Of a DNA stretch of 64,000 nt, positions 1 to 9,900 are shown one piece after another (positions within the stretch are counted from its first letter, which is position 1; every line of letters begins with the position of its first letter). The DNA is taken from contig JAIRUE010000039.1 in assembly GCA_031254575.1 (NCBI GenBank), positions 6,793 through 70,792 of the forward strand. The letters run 5' to 3'. The notes under the pieces are model-generated. The model saw nothing but the letters and a program-made list of their open reading frames with translations, was not told the origin of the DNA and did no database searches. This DNA comes from Oscillospiraceae bacterium (GTDB lineage Bacteria > Bacillota > Clostridia > Oscillospirales > UBA929). The position numbers were made by a program, and so were the translations under genes.

Positions 1-633
1 TACGGGATCGTCGCCACCGCGCGCTTAAATCTCCGCTCCAAGCCCAGCCTGGGTTCCCCCACGGTCAAGATCCTGACAATCGGGACCGTTTTGGAGCTCG
101 ACGGCGTGATGGGCGGCTGGTATTCGGTCACTCACGACGGCGACAAAGGATACGTGCATCCCGACTATATCGAGCTCGCTTCCGAAAAACCGGAGCAGAC
201 AATAGACGGCTTTGCCGTGGGCTTTTCCGGCACAATCCCGGGGGAGGCGCTTGTGCAGACAGGCCGTACCAAACTTGGCTGTCCCTATGTGTACGGCAAG
301 GCCGGGCCCAATTCGTTTGACTGCTCCGGATTTACTTCCTATGTATACAAACAGCACGGCGTTTCCCTGTCCCGCACCGCCGTGGACCAGTACCGTCTGA
401 ACGGGCAGACCGTTTCCTCCGCTTCCGCTTTGCAGGCGGGCGACCTGGTGTTTTTCAGGGATACGAAGGTCAGTAAAAATGTCGTCAGCCATGTGGGGAT
501 GTATGTGGGGGGCGGTCAGTTTATCCACGCCGGATCGGGCACGTACAACGGGGGCAAATGCGTGAAGATCAGCAACCTGTCGACCGGGTATTATAAATCG
601 ATTTACGTGGCAGGTAAACGCGTGTTTACTTAA
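1..633 (+). CDS. NlpC/P60 family cell-wall peptidase with SH3-like N-terminal part (5' end lies outside the window)
   Basis: Frame 1 is open from nt 1 (YGIVATARLNLRSKPSLGSPTVKIL, SH3b-like). Catalytic Cys motif GPNSFDCSGFTSYVY and His motif SHVGMYVGGGQFIHA. Stop TAA at 631-633. Confidence 0.85.
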   Translation, partial: YGIVATARLNLRSKPSLGSPTVKILTIGTVLELDGVMGGWYSVTHDGDKGYVHPDYIELASEKPEQTIDGFAVGFSGTIPGEALVQTGRTKLGCPYVYGKAGPNSFDCSGFTSYVYKQHGVSLSRTAVDQYRLNGQTVSSASALQAGDLVFFRDTKVSKNVVSHVGMYVGGGQFIHAGSGTYNGGKCVKISNLSTGYYKSIYVAGKRVFT

Positions 634-656
634 ATCCCGGGTTTACATTACTTTCC

Positions 657-699
657 AAAACGCCGTTTCCGTCAAAAGCGGGCGGCGTTTTCCTTTCGG
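657..699 (+). terminator. Rho-independent terminator candidate after the NlpC/P60 gene
   Basis: Nested GC stem CGCCG-ttt-CCG-tcaaaag-CGG-g-CGGCG (661-687) followed by TTTTCCTTTC. Confidence 0.6.
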
Positions 700-717
700 C
701 GCGATGGGGAAACCGTC

Positions 718-746
718 TTGACAATTCCAGCCGCGCGCGCCATAAT
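718..746 (+). promoter_or_regulatory. sigma-70-type promoter of the pseudouridine synthase gene
   Basis: TTGACA (718-723), 17-nt spacer, CATAAT (741-746). The ATG at 753 lies about 7 nt after the -10, with no SD in between. Confidence 0.5.
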
Positions 747-752
747 GCGGGT

Positions 753-1715
753 ATGAGGGAATATACCGTTACAAAAAATGGGGACGGCAGCCGTGCCGAC
801 CGTTTTTTATCCAAAACCGCGCCCGACGTTCCCCCCTCCGCCCTTCAAAAGGCGTTCAGGAGGCGGGACGTCAAGCGCGGCGGTAAGCCCTGCCGGGCCG
901 GAGAGCGGCTCGCGGAAGGCGATACGATACGGCTGTACGGGGTGACGCCGCCTGTGGGGAACGGACCGCCCGCCCGGTCAGCTCCGCCGGGACGTGAAAG
1001 GATCGGCCACGCCCTCATAGGCCGGTCCCTAAACATTCTCTATGAAGACCCGCACATACTCGTTCTGCGTAAACCCGCCGGCCTGCCCAGCCAAAACGAC
1101 GGCGGCGAGGCGGGCATAGAGGATATGGCGCGGGCGTATCTGCGCGGCAAAGGCGAGTGGGCGCCGGCTGAGGAAAACGGATTTTTGCCGTCGCTGTGCC
1201 ACAGGCTGGACCGCAACACCGAGGGATTGTTACTGTTTGCCAAGACCGCCGCGGCGCTGCGCGTCCTGACGGAGAAAATTAAAAACCGCGAAATCATCAA
1301 GACCTATCGCTGCGTGATTGAGGGCGTCCCGCCGGAGCCGTCCGGCGAATGGCGCGACTGGCTCTGGAAGGACGCGAAACGGAAGCGTGTCTATGCGCAA
1401 ATGAATCCGTCGCCGGGAGCGAAACAGGCCGTACTGCGCTACCGTGTTTTGCGGACACGCGGGGAGAGGAGCCTGCTGGAGATAGAATTGGTCACGGGCC
1501 GTACGCACCAGATCCGCGTCCAGTGCGCGAGCCGGGGCTTCCCGATCGCGGGCGACGGCAAATATGGGCGCGGCGGCGGAAAGCGGGAAATGGCGCTCTG
1601 CGCCGTAAAAATCGAGATGCGCTTCCGGGCGGACGCGGGGGCGCTTGGATACATGGATGGGCAAGTCTTTCAAATCGACAAAAATTTTGCGGATTTTATT
1701 GACATCGGGGAGTGA
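753..1715 (+). CDS. RluA-family 23S/16S rRNA pseudouridine synthase (RluC/D-like, S4-like N-terminus)
   Basis: HRLDRNTEGLLLFAKT catalytic Asp motif, GRTHQIRVQ motif, and N-terminal ADRFLSK S4-like segment. Confidence 0.85.
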   Translation: MREYTVTKNGDGSRADRFLSKTAPDVPPSALQKAFRRRDVKRGGKPCRAGERLAEGDTIRLYGVTPPVGNGPPARSAPPGRERIGHALIGRSLNILYEDPHILVLRKPAGLPSQNDGGEAGIEDMARAYLRGKGEWAPAEENGFLPSLCHRLDRNTEGLLLFAKTAAALRVLTEKIKNREIIKTYRCVIEGVPPEPSGEWRDWLWKDAKRKRVYAQMNPSPGAKQAVLRYRVLRTRGERSLLEIELVTGRTHQIRVQCASRGFPIAGDGKYGRGGGKREMALCAVKIEMRFRADAGALGYMDGQVFQIDKNFADFIDIGE

Positions 1716-1727
1716 ATTGCATATAGT
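1699..1727 (+). promoter_or_regulatory. sigma-70-type promoter of potABC (inside the 3' end of the preceding gene)
   Basis: TTGACA (1699-1704), 17-nt spacer, TATAGT (1722-1727). RBS GGAGGG lies 8 nt before the ATG at 1764. Confidence 0.5.
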
Positions 1728-1763
1728 GATATTCAGCGTTTCAGCCGGAACGGAGGGTGATAA

Positions 1764-2929
<1,166 letters not shown>

Positions 2930-2933
<4 letters not shown>

Positions 2934-3748
2934 AGCGCCGCGGGGGATTGCTGGCGTTCCCTTATGCCGTGTGGATGATCCTGTTCACGGTCGTACCGAT
3001 GCTTCTGGTGGTCTGGTTCGCGCTCACGGATGAGGACGGCTTGCCGACAGTTGGGAATTTTATCCGTTTGTGGGATTACGGAGCGGTCTTCGGACGCAGT
3101 TTGGGGCTGGCCGCCGTCTCGACCGTGATATGCCTGCTGATCGGCTATCCGCTGGCCTATGTGCTGAGCCGGGAGACGGACGCCATGCGCAACACGGCCA
3201 TGCTGCTCATTATGCTGCCGATGTGGATCAACATCCTGCTGCGCACCTACGCGTGGATGTCGATTTTGGAAAACAGCGGACTGCTCAACCAGCTTTTATC
3301 GTTTTTGCGCCTGCCGGCGCTGCATATAATCAACACCCCGTCGGCGGTGGCGCTGGGCATGGTGTATAATTACCTGCCCTTCATGGTGCTTCCCGTTCTC
3401 ACCGTCATCACAAAGATTGACGACTCCGTCGTAGAGGCGGCGCAGGATCTGGGCGGCAGCCAGGCGACGGTGTTCAGGCGCGTCATTCTGCCGCTGTCAC
3501 TGCCGGGCGTGCTGAGCGGCATCACGATGGTCTTTGTGCCGGCCGTCTCAACCTTTATCATCAGCAAGCTGCTGGGCGGCGGTAAATCGATGCTTTTAGG
3601 CGACCTGATAGAGATGCAGTTTCTTGGTAACACCTACAATCCCTATCTCGGCTCGGCCATTTCGCTGGTGATGATGGTCATCGTCCTGATTTCCATGGCG
3701 CTGATGAACCGCTTCGGCGAGGGCGAGGAGGAGGTCATGGGACTATGA
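2930..3748 (+). CDS. potB: Spermidine/putrescine ABC transporter permease
   Basis: Six-TM binding-protein-dependent permease with EAA-like loop [25 protein letters not shown] overlap with potA. Confidence 0.8.
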
Positions 3749-4578
3749 AACATTCCCGCGTACCCGGACGGGTGCTGCAGGGCTTTATCGCGGTATTTCT
3801 CTACGCGCCCATTCTTGTGCTGATCGTATTCTCGTTCAACGCCACCAAAAGCCGCGTTAAGTTTGAAGGATTTACGCTGGACTGGTACGCAAAATTGTTT
3901 GAGGACCGGCAGGTGCTGTCGGCGCTTTACCTGACGCTCGTTCTCGCGGTCCTGTCGGCGCTGGCGGCGACGGTCATCGGCACGGTTTCGGCCATCGGCC
4001 TGCACAACATGAAGCGCCGCCCGCGAAAAGCGCTGCTCGCGCTGAACAATATTCCGGTCGTCAATCCCGACATCATCACCGGCGTTTCATTGATGCTGGT
4101 GTTTCTCCTCTGCGTATCCTTCCTGCGCTCACTGGGGCTCAGGGCCGGGCTGGGGTTCACGACGCTGTTGCTGGCCCATGTGACGTTCAACATCCCCTAT
4201 GTCATCCTGTCGGTGATGCCAAAACTGCGGCAGCTGAGCAGAAATACCTACGAGGCAGCGCTGGATTTGGGCGCGAACCCGTTTCAGGCATACCGCCGCG
4301 TCATTTTACCGGAAATCATGCCGGGTGTGGTCAGCGGGGCGATAATTGCGTTCACGATGAGCATTGATGATTTTCTGATCAGTTATTTCACCACCGGGAC
4401 ATCGGTCCAGACGCTGCCGATGGTGATTTACGCCATGACAAGAAAACGCATAAGCCCGGAGATAAACGCGCTGTCCACCCTGATGTTCCTGACGGTACTG
4501 GTCCTGCTGATCGTGATAAACATTCTGCAGTCGCGGGATCAGAAGGAGAAGGAGCGGAGATTCCGCGCGGTTTCATGA
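3745..4578 (+). CDS. potC: Spermidine/putrescine ABC transporter permease
   Basis: Permease with loop YEAALDLGANPFQAYRRVILPEI. ATGA overlap with potB. Confidence 0.8.
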   Translation: MKHSRVPGRVLQGFIAVFLYAPILVLIVFSFNATKSRVKFEGFTLDWYAKLFEDRQVLSALYLTLVLAVLSALAATVIGTVSAIGLHNMKRRPRKALLALNNIPVVNPDIITGVSLMLVFLLCVSFLRSLGLRAGLGFTTLLLAHVTFNIPYVILSVMPKLRQLSRNTYEAALDLGANPFQAYRRVILPEIMPGVVSGAIIAFTMSIDDFLISYFTTGTSVQTLPMVIYAMTRKRISPEINALSTLMFLTVLVLLIVINILQSRDQKEKERRFRAVS

Positions 4579-4632
4579 CACGTTAACGGAGCGGTCCCAA
4601 CCGGTTAGACGGAAAGGGGGGTCCTGACGGAT

Positions 4633-5466
4633 ATGAATCAGATGACGTTCGAACTGCGGCTTTTACTGAAAACGGATGTTTTGGATGTCCGGAAGGTCGC
4701 CGCGGGCGACGCGTTACTGTCGGTTTCCAAATATTTTGATATGGTGAGGATCTTTTTGGACGATACGCCGGAAGTCCTGAAGAGCCTGTCAAGAATAGCC
4801 GCTCTTGAAGGAGACGACATGGATTTCCGGAGATTGGAGGATATGAATAAGCTGCTGCCCGGCATCGGTACCCATATCCTCAAGGATGACTTCTCAGCCA
4901 TTCTGGACGCCGGCAGGGAAAACGGCGGCGAACCGCCGGCCGGGCGCGCCGACGAAGCCGCGGCCACTTTGCGCGCCTTGCACACACAGGTCATGACGGC
5001 CGTCAAGCCGCCGGTATCCAACGAGGAGGAGCAGGGCGAACTGATATTGGCAGCCTGTTTGAGCCAAATGGATCATGAGGAATCCAACCGCAAGCTGCGC
5101 GTCCTCTCCGTTGACGCCGCGGCCTTTATGCTGCAAACGATCGCGTCGGCGCTGAGCGACGAATACGACGTGTTTTCATTGAAAAAAGGGGCGCTTGTGG
5201 AGAAATTCCTGCGGTATACGGTGCCGGAATTATTTTTGCTTGACTACAACATGCCCGGAATAACCGGAGGCGAACTCGTATCGGTCATCAGGAGCTTTGA
5301 TGAGCACAAGGAGACGCCGGTCATTTTTTTAACGGCGGCGGAAACGGAAGAATCTGTGAGGGATGCCGTTCCCTCCGTGGCCTGCGACTATATCGTAAAA
5401 CCGCCGGATATACGGGTATTGAAAGCAAAAATGGAGAAACATATTGTCAGAAAAAAAGCGTTTTAG
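4633..5466 (+). CDS. Single-domain response regulator (C-terminal receiver) with about 150-aa helical N-terminal extension
   Basis: Receiver landmarks VLSVDAA, LFLLDYNMPG (phospho-Asp), VIFLTAA and DYIVKP. The N-terminal part has Hpt-like spacing (FLDDTPEVLKSL ... LLPGIGTHIL) but no clear H-x-x-K-G. Confidence 0.7.
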   Translation: MNQMTFELRLLLKTDVLDVRKVAAGDALLSVSKYFDMVRIFLDDTPEVLKSLSRIAALEGDDMDFRRLEDMNKLLPGIGTHILKDDFSAILDAGRENGGEPPAGRADEAAATLRALHTQVMTAVKPPVSNEEEQGELILAACLSQMDHEESNRKLRVLSVDAAAFMLQTIASALSDEYDVFSLKKGALVEKFLRYTVPELFLLDYNMPGITGGELVSVIRSFDEHKETPVIFLTAAETEESVRDAVPSVACDYIVKPPDIRVLKAKMEKHIVRKKAF

Positions 5467-5523
5467 TAAGCCCGCGGCGCGGGACGCGGCTTATGGCAAT
5501 CCATTGCGTTAGGGTGTTTTTCA

Positions 5524-6348
5524 ATGGTCTGGTTTGAAAGGGAACAAAAAATACTGGATGACGCCGCCGCTCTCCTCGACGAAATGAGGGCCGGCCGGAC
5601 TTTGGACGCCGACGGTTTCGCCGTCTTTGTCGGTGAATACGGCAGCTTGCTTGAGCAGCTGCGCCGGGCGGCGGAAACCCCCGGCGGGGTCATGCCCGCT
5701 TTTACGCCGGCTCCCGCGGACGGGGCCTGGGACGATACGGCGGTTGACAAACCCCAGGGCCTTCTCCATACGGGCGGTAACGAAAAAGCGTATGATATGC
5801 TGCTCGTGAGATTCTTAGCCGAACAGCCGGTCATGCTGCATAACCTTGAACAGGCGGCCGGGGACGGAGATCACATATTGGCATCCGGGATCGCGCGCCA
5901 GATGAAAGGCATTGCCGCGACGATTGGGGCGGTAAACCTGCCGCGGTGCCTGTCTGAAATTGAGCGGGCGTTTATGTCCGGACTGCCGGACGGCCGCAGT
6001 GACGAACTGCTGGAGGGCTGCAGGGCGGAACTCCGCAGGGTGCTGAGCGCTATCTCTATGATGAACCTGCCGGACACAAGGCGGCAAGTGGCGGACGAAC
6101 CGCTGGACTTGGAAAAAGCGCTCGCGCTGATTCGCGGGATAAAACCGCTTCTGGAGAAATACATCTCTCTCAGTCAGGAGCAGATTGGGACCGTCAGGAC
6201 AATTCTTGCCCCTGTGGGCGAAGCCTGCGGCAAACTGGCGGCGCAGCTTGAGGACTTTGATTTGGAAGAAGCGCTGGAAACGCTTTGCGGAATAGAAGAG
6301 GAGCTTATCGGTCATGGAGGGGGAGCGGAACGTCCGCCGTCCGTTTGA
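5524..6348 (+). CDS. Hpt-like (histidine phosphotransfer fold) protein with Arg at the canonical phospho-His position
   Basis: LLVRFLAEQPVMLHNLEQAAGDGDHILASGIARQMKGIAATIGAVNLPRCLSEIERA matches the Hpt helix pattern (..aH.LKG.a...Ga..L). It reads A-R-Q-M-K-G, with the Arg codon at 5896-5898. Confidence 0.55.
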   Translation: MVWFEREQKILDDAAALLDEMRAGRTLDADGFAVFVGEYGSLLEQLRRAAETPGGVMPAFTPAPADGAWDDTAVDKPQGLLHTGGNEKAYDMLLVRFLAEQPVMLHNLEQAAGDGDHILASGIARQMKGIAATIGAVNLPRCLSEIERAFMSGLPDGRSDELLEGCRAELRRVLSAISMMNLPDTRRQVADEPLDLEKALALIRGIKPLLEKYISLSQEQIGTVRTILAPVGEACGKLAAQLEDFDLEEALETLCGIEEELIGHGGGAERPPSV

Positions 6349-6453
6349 AACCACCGGAGGGAACGCCATAGGCGGGGACTGCTCCGGAAACTGCCTGCTC
6401 TGCGGCAAATGCGCGGGGCAATCGATTTTGGAGGACTTCCGTGAAAAAATCTC

Positions 6454-6482
6454 TTGCCTTTTTCAAACGGCTCTGCTATAAT
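6454..6482 (+). promoter_or_regulatory. sigma-70-type promoter of rpmB
   Basis: TTGCCT (6454-6459), 17-nt spacer, TATAAT (6477-6482). Confidence 0.55.
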
Positions 6483-6555
6483 TTATTGGCGTGCCGAAAA
6501 CGGACGGGCCCGTCCTGCCGCGGACGGACACCCGCATGGAAAGGATGTGGCCCAG

Positions 6556-6744
6556 ATGGCCAAATGCAATATTTGCAATAAAGGCGTCAGCTTCGGGATC
6601 GCGGTGTCGCACTCCCACAGGCGCTCCAACCGCGCCTGGAAGCCCAACGTCAAACGCGTGAAAGCGATCGTGGACGGTTCTCCCCGGCACATACACGTCT
6701 GTACGCGCTGCCTGCGTTCCGGCAAAGTGACGCGCGCCGTATAA
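6556..6744 (+). CDS. rpmB: 50S ribosomal protein L28
   Basis: MAKCNICNKGVSFGIAVSHSHRRSNRAWKPNVKRVK.. is a typical L28. RBS GGAAAGGA lies upstream of the ATG at 6556, so the track ORF start at 6454 is too far upstream. Confidence 0.95.
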   Translation: MAKCNICNKGVSFGIAVSHSHRRSNRAWKPNVKRVKAIVDGSPRHIHVCTRCLRSGKVTRAV

Positions 6745-6785
6745 AGGCCGGCTCCGCCGCCGGGGCTTGAAAATAAGCTCCGCCG

Positions 6786-7499
6786 TTACTGATTGCCGTA
6801 TCCGCCCAGTTCGGCTCCTATAACGATCACGATGCAAATCAAAAATACCCAGATGGCAATACCCATAAACACCCCCACGCTGCCATACAGCGCGTCGTAC
6901 GCGGCAAAATAACGCATATAGACCTCGAAACCGCGTGACACGGCAAGCCACGCGGCGGTAGCCAGCGCAGCCGTCCACGCGGCGCGTGCGGGCTTTGCCG
7001 ACGTGCCCGGCGTAAGCGTGTAAAGGGCGAACAGCAACAGAAAAACCGCGCCGCCCGCGGCCAGCACAAGGAGCCAGTGGTCAAGGGCAAGGGTGGCGAA
7101 AGTGAGCGCAAGCAGCGCCAAAAACCCCAGCGTGAACAACAGCGCCATGACCCGCGATTTGATAAAGGGCATCCGTTCGCCGCCGTAAGCCTGATTGACG
7201 CCGCGCATCAGCGCCAGCACCCCTGAAGACGCCGCCCACAGCGTCGCGGCGGCCAGTAAAGGCTGCCGCGCGGGCGCGGGACTGCCCGCTTCTCCGAGGA
7301 CACGCAGCAGGTCGCCGGGGAGAAACCCCTCCAAAACGTCAAGCGTCCGTTTGGTATAGGAGAGCGCCCAGTCCGCGAGCATGGCGAGCGGAAAGAGGGA
7401 GAGCAGAAAAAAAAACGCCGTCTCGGCGGCGAGCCCGATGGTATCGTCCTCATTTATATGTCGGACAAACTTTATAATCGCGCGAAAACCTTTTTTCAT
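6786..7499 (-). CDS. YihY/BrkB-family integral membrane protein
   Basis: Motif AAETAFFFLLSLFPLAMLA and a six-TM profile typical of the YihY family. I chose the ATG at 7499 because it forms an ATGA overlap with the prmA stop. Confidence 0.6.
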   Translation of the reverse strand: MKKGFRAIIKFVRHINEDDTIGLAAETAFFFLLSLFPLAMLADWALSYTKRTLDVLEGFLPGDLLRVLGEAGSPAPARQPLLAAATLWAASSGVLALMRGVNQAYGGERMPFIKSRVMALLFTLGFLALLALTFATLALDHWLLVLAAGGAVFLLLFALYTLTPGTSAKPARAAWTAALATAAWLAVSRGFEVYMRYFAAYDALYGSVGVFMGIAIWVFLICIVIVIGAELGGYGNQ

Positions 7500-8413
7500 G
7501 GCCCCTCCCGAAAAAACAGCGCGGCGGCCCATCCCTCCGACACGCGTATCTCTCTCGCTTCCAGACCCGCCGCCCGGGCGGCGGACAAAACATCCTCCAG
7601 CCGCTCCTCAATGATTCCCGACGCGACCCAGCGGCAGCGGGCTCTGAACGGAGCGAGAAGCGGCACAAGGGCGATGACAATATCCGCCACAATGTTGGAA
7701 AACACAAGGTCAAACCCGCCCGCCGCCCGCCGCAGCGCCTCATCCGACAGATAATTGCCCGCAAACGCCGTAAACCTTTCCTCCACACCGTTCAGACGGG
7801 CGTTTTTCTCCGCCGTCCGCACCGCCAACGGGTCAATATCGACGCCGGCGGCGCTTTCCCCGCCCAACAGCAGTGCGCACAGGCTCAGTATCCCGCTGCC
7901 GCAGCCAATATCCAGAACTCTTTTATAGGGGACGCCGCCCCCGGCGTCCCTCATGGATTCGAGCATTTCCAGGCACAGGCGCGTCGAAGCGTGCAGCCCC
8001 GTACCGAAACTCATACCGGGGTCATTGAGGAAAACGGCGCGGTCCCCGGGGTTATCCGGCGGAAGCCACGCCGGCTGTATCAATAGTCTTTCCCCGACCG
8101 GCATAGGTTTATAATACTGTTTCCACGCGTCCGCCCATTCCTCCTCATCGCGCTCCCGCGCCGTCATTCCGGGACAGAGGTCCCGCAGCCGCGCCAAACC
8201 GTCCCGGTCGCCGGCGGGCAGGTACAGGACGATACGGCAGCCGGCGTCATGGAGCAGTTCCGCGTCAAACAGTTCCCACGCGGGGCGGGCAATCTCTATA
8301 TCTTTACCGTCCACGATCTGAAAACTCTCAAAACCTTCCGCGACCAGACGCGCCGTCAGATTCTCAAGGGTCTCCGGCGTGACGGGCAGAGTGATCTCAT
8401 TCCATTTGCTCAT
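7496..8413 (-). CDS. prmA: Ribosomal protein L11 methyltransferase
   Basis: N-terminus MSKWNEITLPV.., FGTGLHASTRLCLEMLE, and SAM motif VLDIGCGSGILS. Confidence 0.9.
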   Translation of the reverse strand: MSKWNEITLPVTPETLENLTARLVAEGFESFQIVDGKDIEIARPAWELFDAELLHDAGCRIVLYLPAGDRDGLARLRDLCPGMTARERDEEEWADAWKQYYKPMPVGERLLIQPAWLPPDNPGDRAVFLNDPGMSFGTGLHASTRLCLEMLESMRDAGGGVPYKRVLDIGCGSGILSLCALLLGGESAAGVDIDPLAVRTAEKNARLNGVEERFTAFAGNYLSDEALRRAAGGFDLVFSNIVADIVIALVPLLAPFRARCRWVASGIIEERLEDVLSAARAAGLEAREIRVSEGWAAALFFREGP

Positions 8414-9900
8414 GGCGCCCCCTCCGTACCGCCGGGAACCAGCCTGACGGTATTTTTGTCATAAAAATAGGCGACGCCCAGATTGCGCCAATCGTCCGGA
8501 TCGGCTTTTATATCGCTGAAAAACAAAACATACGGTTTTACCGTAAACGGCGCGACCTCCACATCGGCGGCGGCGTCATCCCGATACAGGGTCTGACGGG
8601 CCATATACTCGGCGTGATACGTCTCCGCGCCGCCGTTGACCAGCGAACGCAGCGCGCTGACGCCGGTCATCCGGTCGCGGTTTTGGTAAACGGATGTAAA
8701 GCAGGCCAGAGCAAACAGAAACAAGGCGGCGGCGGCCAAATACCGGTCCCGGGTCAGCTCCTGTCCGGGCGCACGCCTCGCGATCCAGCCGCACCAGTAA
8801 AAAAGCGTGAAAAACACAAACAGGACAAGCGAGTAATAGTTCACATTGAGCATACGCCCGTCGCCGTATGCAGACATGGCGTAAAGGTTGGGGGTGAACG
8901 TGGCGGCGTATACGCAGAAAAAAAACGCCGTGGCAAGTCCCGGCAGGCGAAACGCAAAAGAACAGCCCGCGGCGATACGGTACAGCGCAGGGACGGCGCA
9001 GAGCGCGCCCAGAAGAAACGGCGCGTCATGCAGTGCCCGGTTTGACGCGAAACCGGCCGCGTAGGGAAAGGAGACCAAAACGGCGCGGAGCGGTTCCATC
9101 CCCGGCAGGTTTTGCTGGCGTACGGCGTTGCCGGGGGCGAAGGCGCTGATGAGAAGTCCCGCGCAGACGGCGGCAAAACAGAGGGCGGGGACAAAGTATT
9201 TCCCTTTCCGCAGGACGGCGCGGTACGCCGCAAGGGAACCGGTGACAATGATGAGCGTCAGCGCGGTGACATAATTGCCGCCCCCGATGAAAAACGACAG
9301 CAGGACCGTCAAACCGCCCAGAACATACCGTGAAACGGCGCGTTCCGGCGCGGGCCTGAAAGCGAGCGCGGCGGCAAGCATGGCAAGGGAATGGAAGCCG
9401 GTGTAAAAAAACGCGCCGTTGAACCAGTAAAAGGCCTGCACGGGAGAGGGCAGGAATTGCGTCGAGAGAAACAGGATCATCAGTGTGACAATGGCGGCGT
9501 CATGCTTCTCCGCCCCGAACACGCGTAAAAAAACCGTATGAAACAAAAACATCCCGGACGCGGCAAATCCGAGAATCAGCAGCGGCGGGACAAGGATATA
9601 CAGCCGCTCGGAGAAGACAGCCGGCTGTAATGACATGACAAAGACAGCCGAAAAGGTGCCCTGCCACCCTTTATAATAAGAGCGCACCATTTCCGCGGCG
9701 GCGGATACGGTTTTTATGACCGATCCCGTGTCGCGCCACGCACGGCTGGTTCTGACGCCGTAATTGAAGTCATCGGCAGACGGGTGGTCATAAACCGCGA
9801 TGATCAGCATCGGCAGCAGTGACAGCGCGAACGCCGCGAGCAACAGCCATACGGCAAGCCGCCGCGTGCCCATCCGCCGTATGAACGATACCGCCCTCAC
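8410..9900 (-). CDS. Polytopic membrane protein of unknown function (about 12-14 TM, glycosyltransferase-C-like look)
   Basis: 496-aa ORF with many hydrophobic helices and a soluble C-terminal tail. It has 4-nt overlaps with both neighbours. I recognise no catalytic motif. Confidence 0.6.
   Translation of the reverse strand: MRAVSFIRRMGTRRLAVWLLLAAFALSLLPMLIIAVYDHPSADDFNYGVRTSRAWRDTGSVIKTVSAAAEMVRSYYKGWQGTFSAVFVMSLQPAVFSERLYILVPPLLILGFAASGMFLFHTVFLRVFGAEKHDAAIVTLMILFLSTQFLPSPVQAFYWFNGAFFYTGFHSLAMLAAALAFRPAPERAVSRYVLGGLTVLLSFFIGGGNYVTALTLIIVTGSLAAYRAVLRKGKYFVPALCFAAVCAGLLISAFAPGNAVRQQNLPGMEPLRAVLVSFPYAAGFASNRALHDAPFLLGALCAVPALYRIAAGCSFAFRLPGLATAFFFCVYAATFTPNLYAMSAYGDGRMLNVNYYSLVLFVFFTLFYWCGWIARRAPGQELTRDRYLAAAALFLFALACFTSVYQNRDRMTGVSALRSLVNGGAETYHAEYMARQTLYRDDAAADVEVAPFTVKPYVLFFSDIKADPDDWRNLGVAYFYDKNTVRLVPGGTEGAP

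Noticed and set aside
6745-6785. Possible bidirectional terminator between rpmB and the YihY-like gene (CCGGC-tccgcc-GCCGG)
   Set aside because: The stem is only 5 bp and there is no adjacent U-tract on either strand, which is too weak to call.
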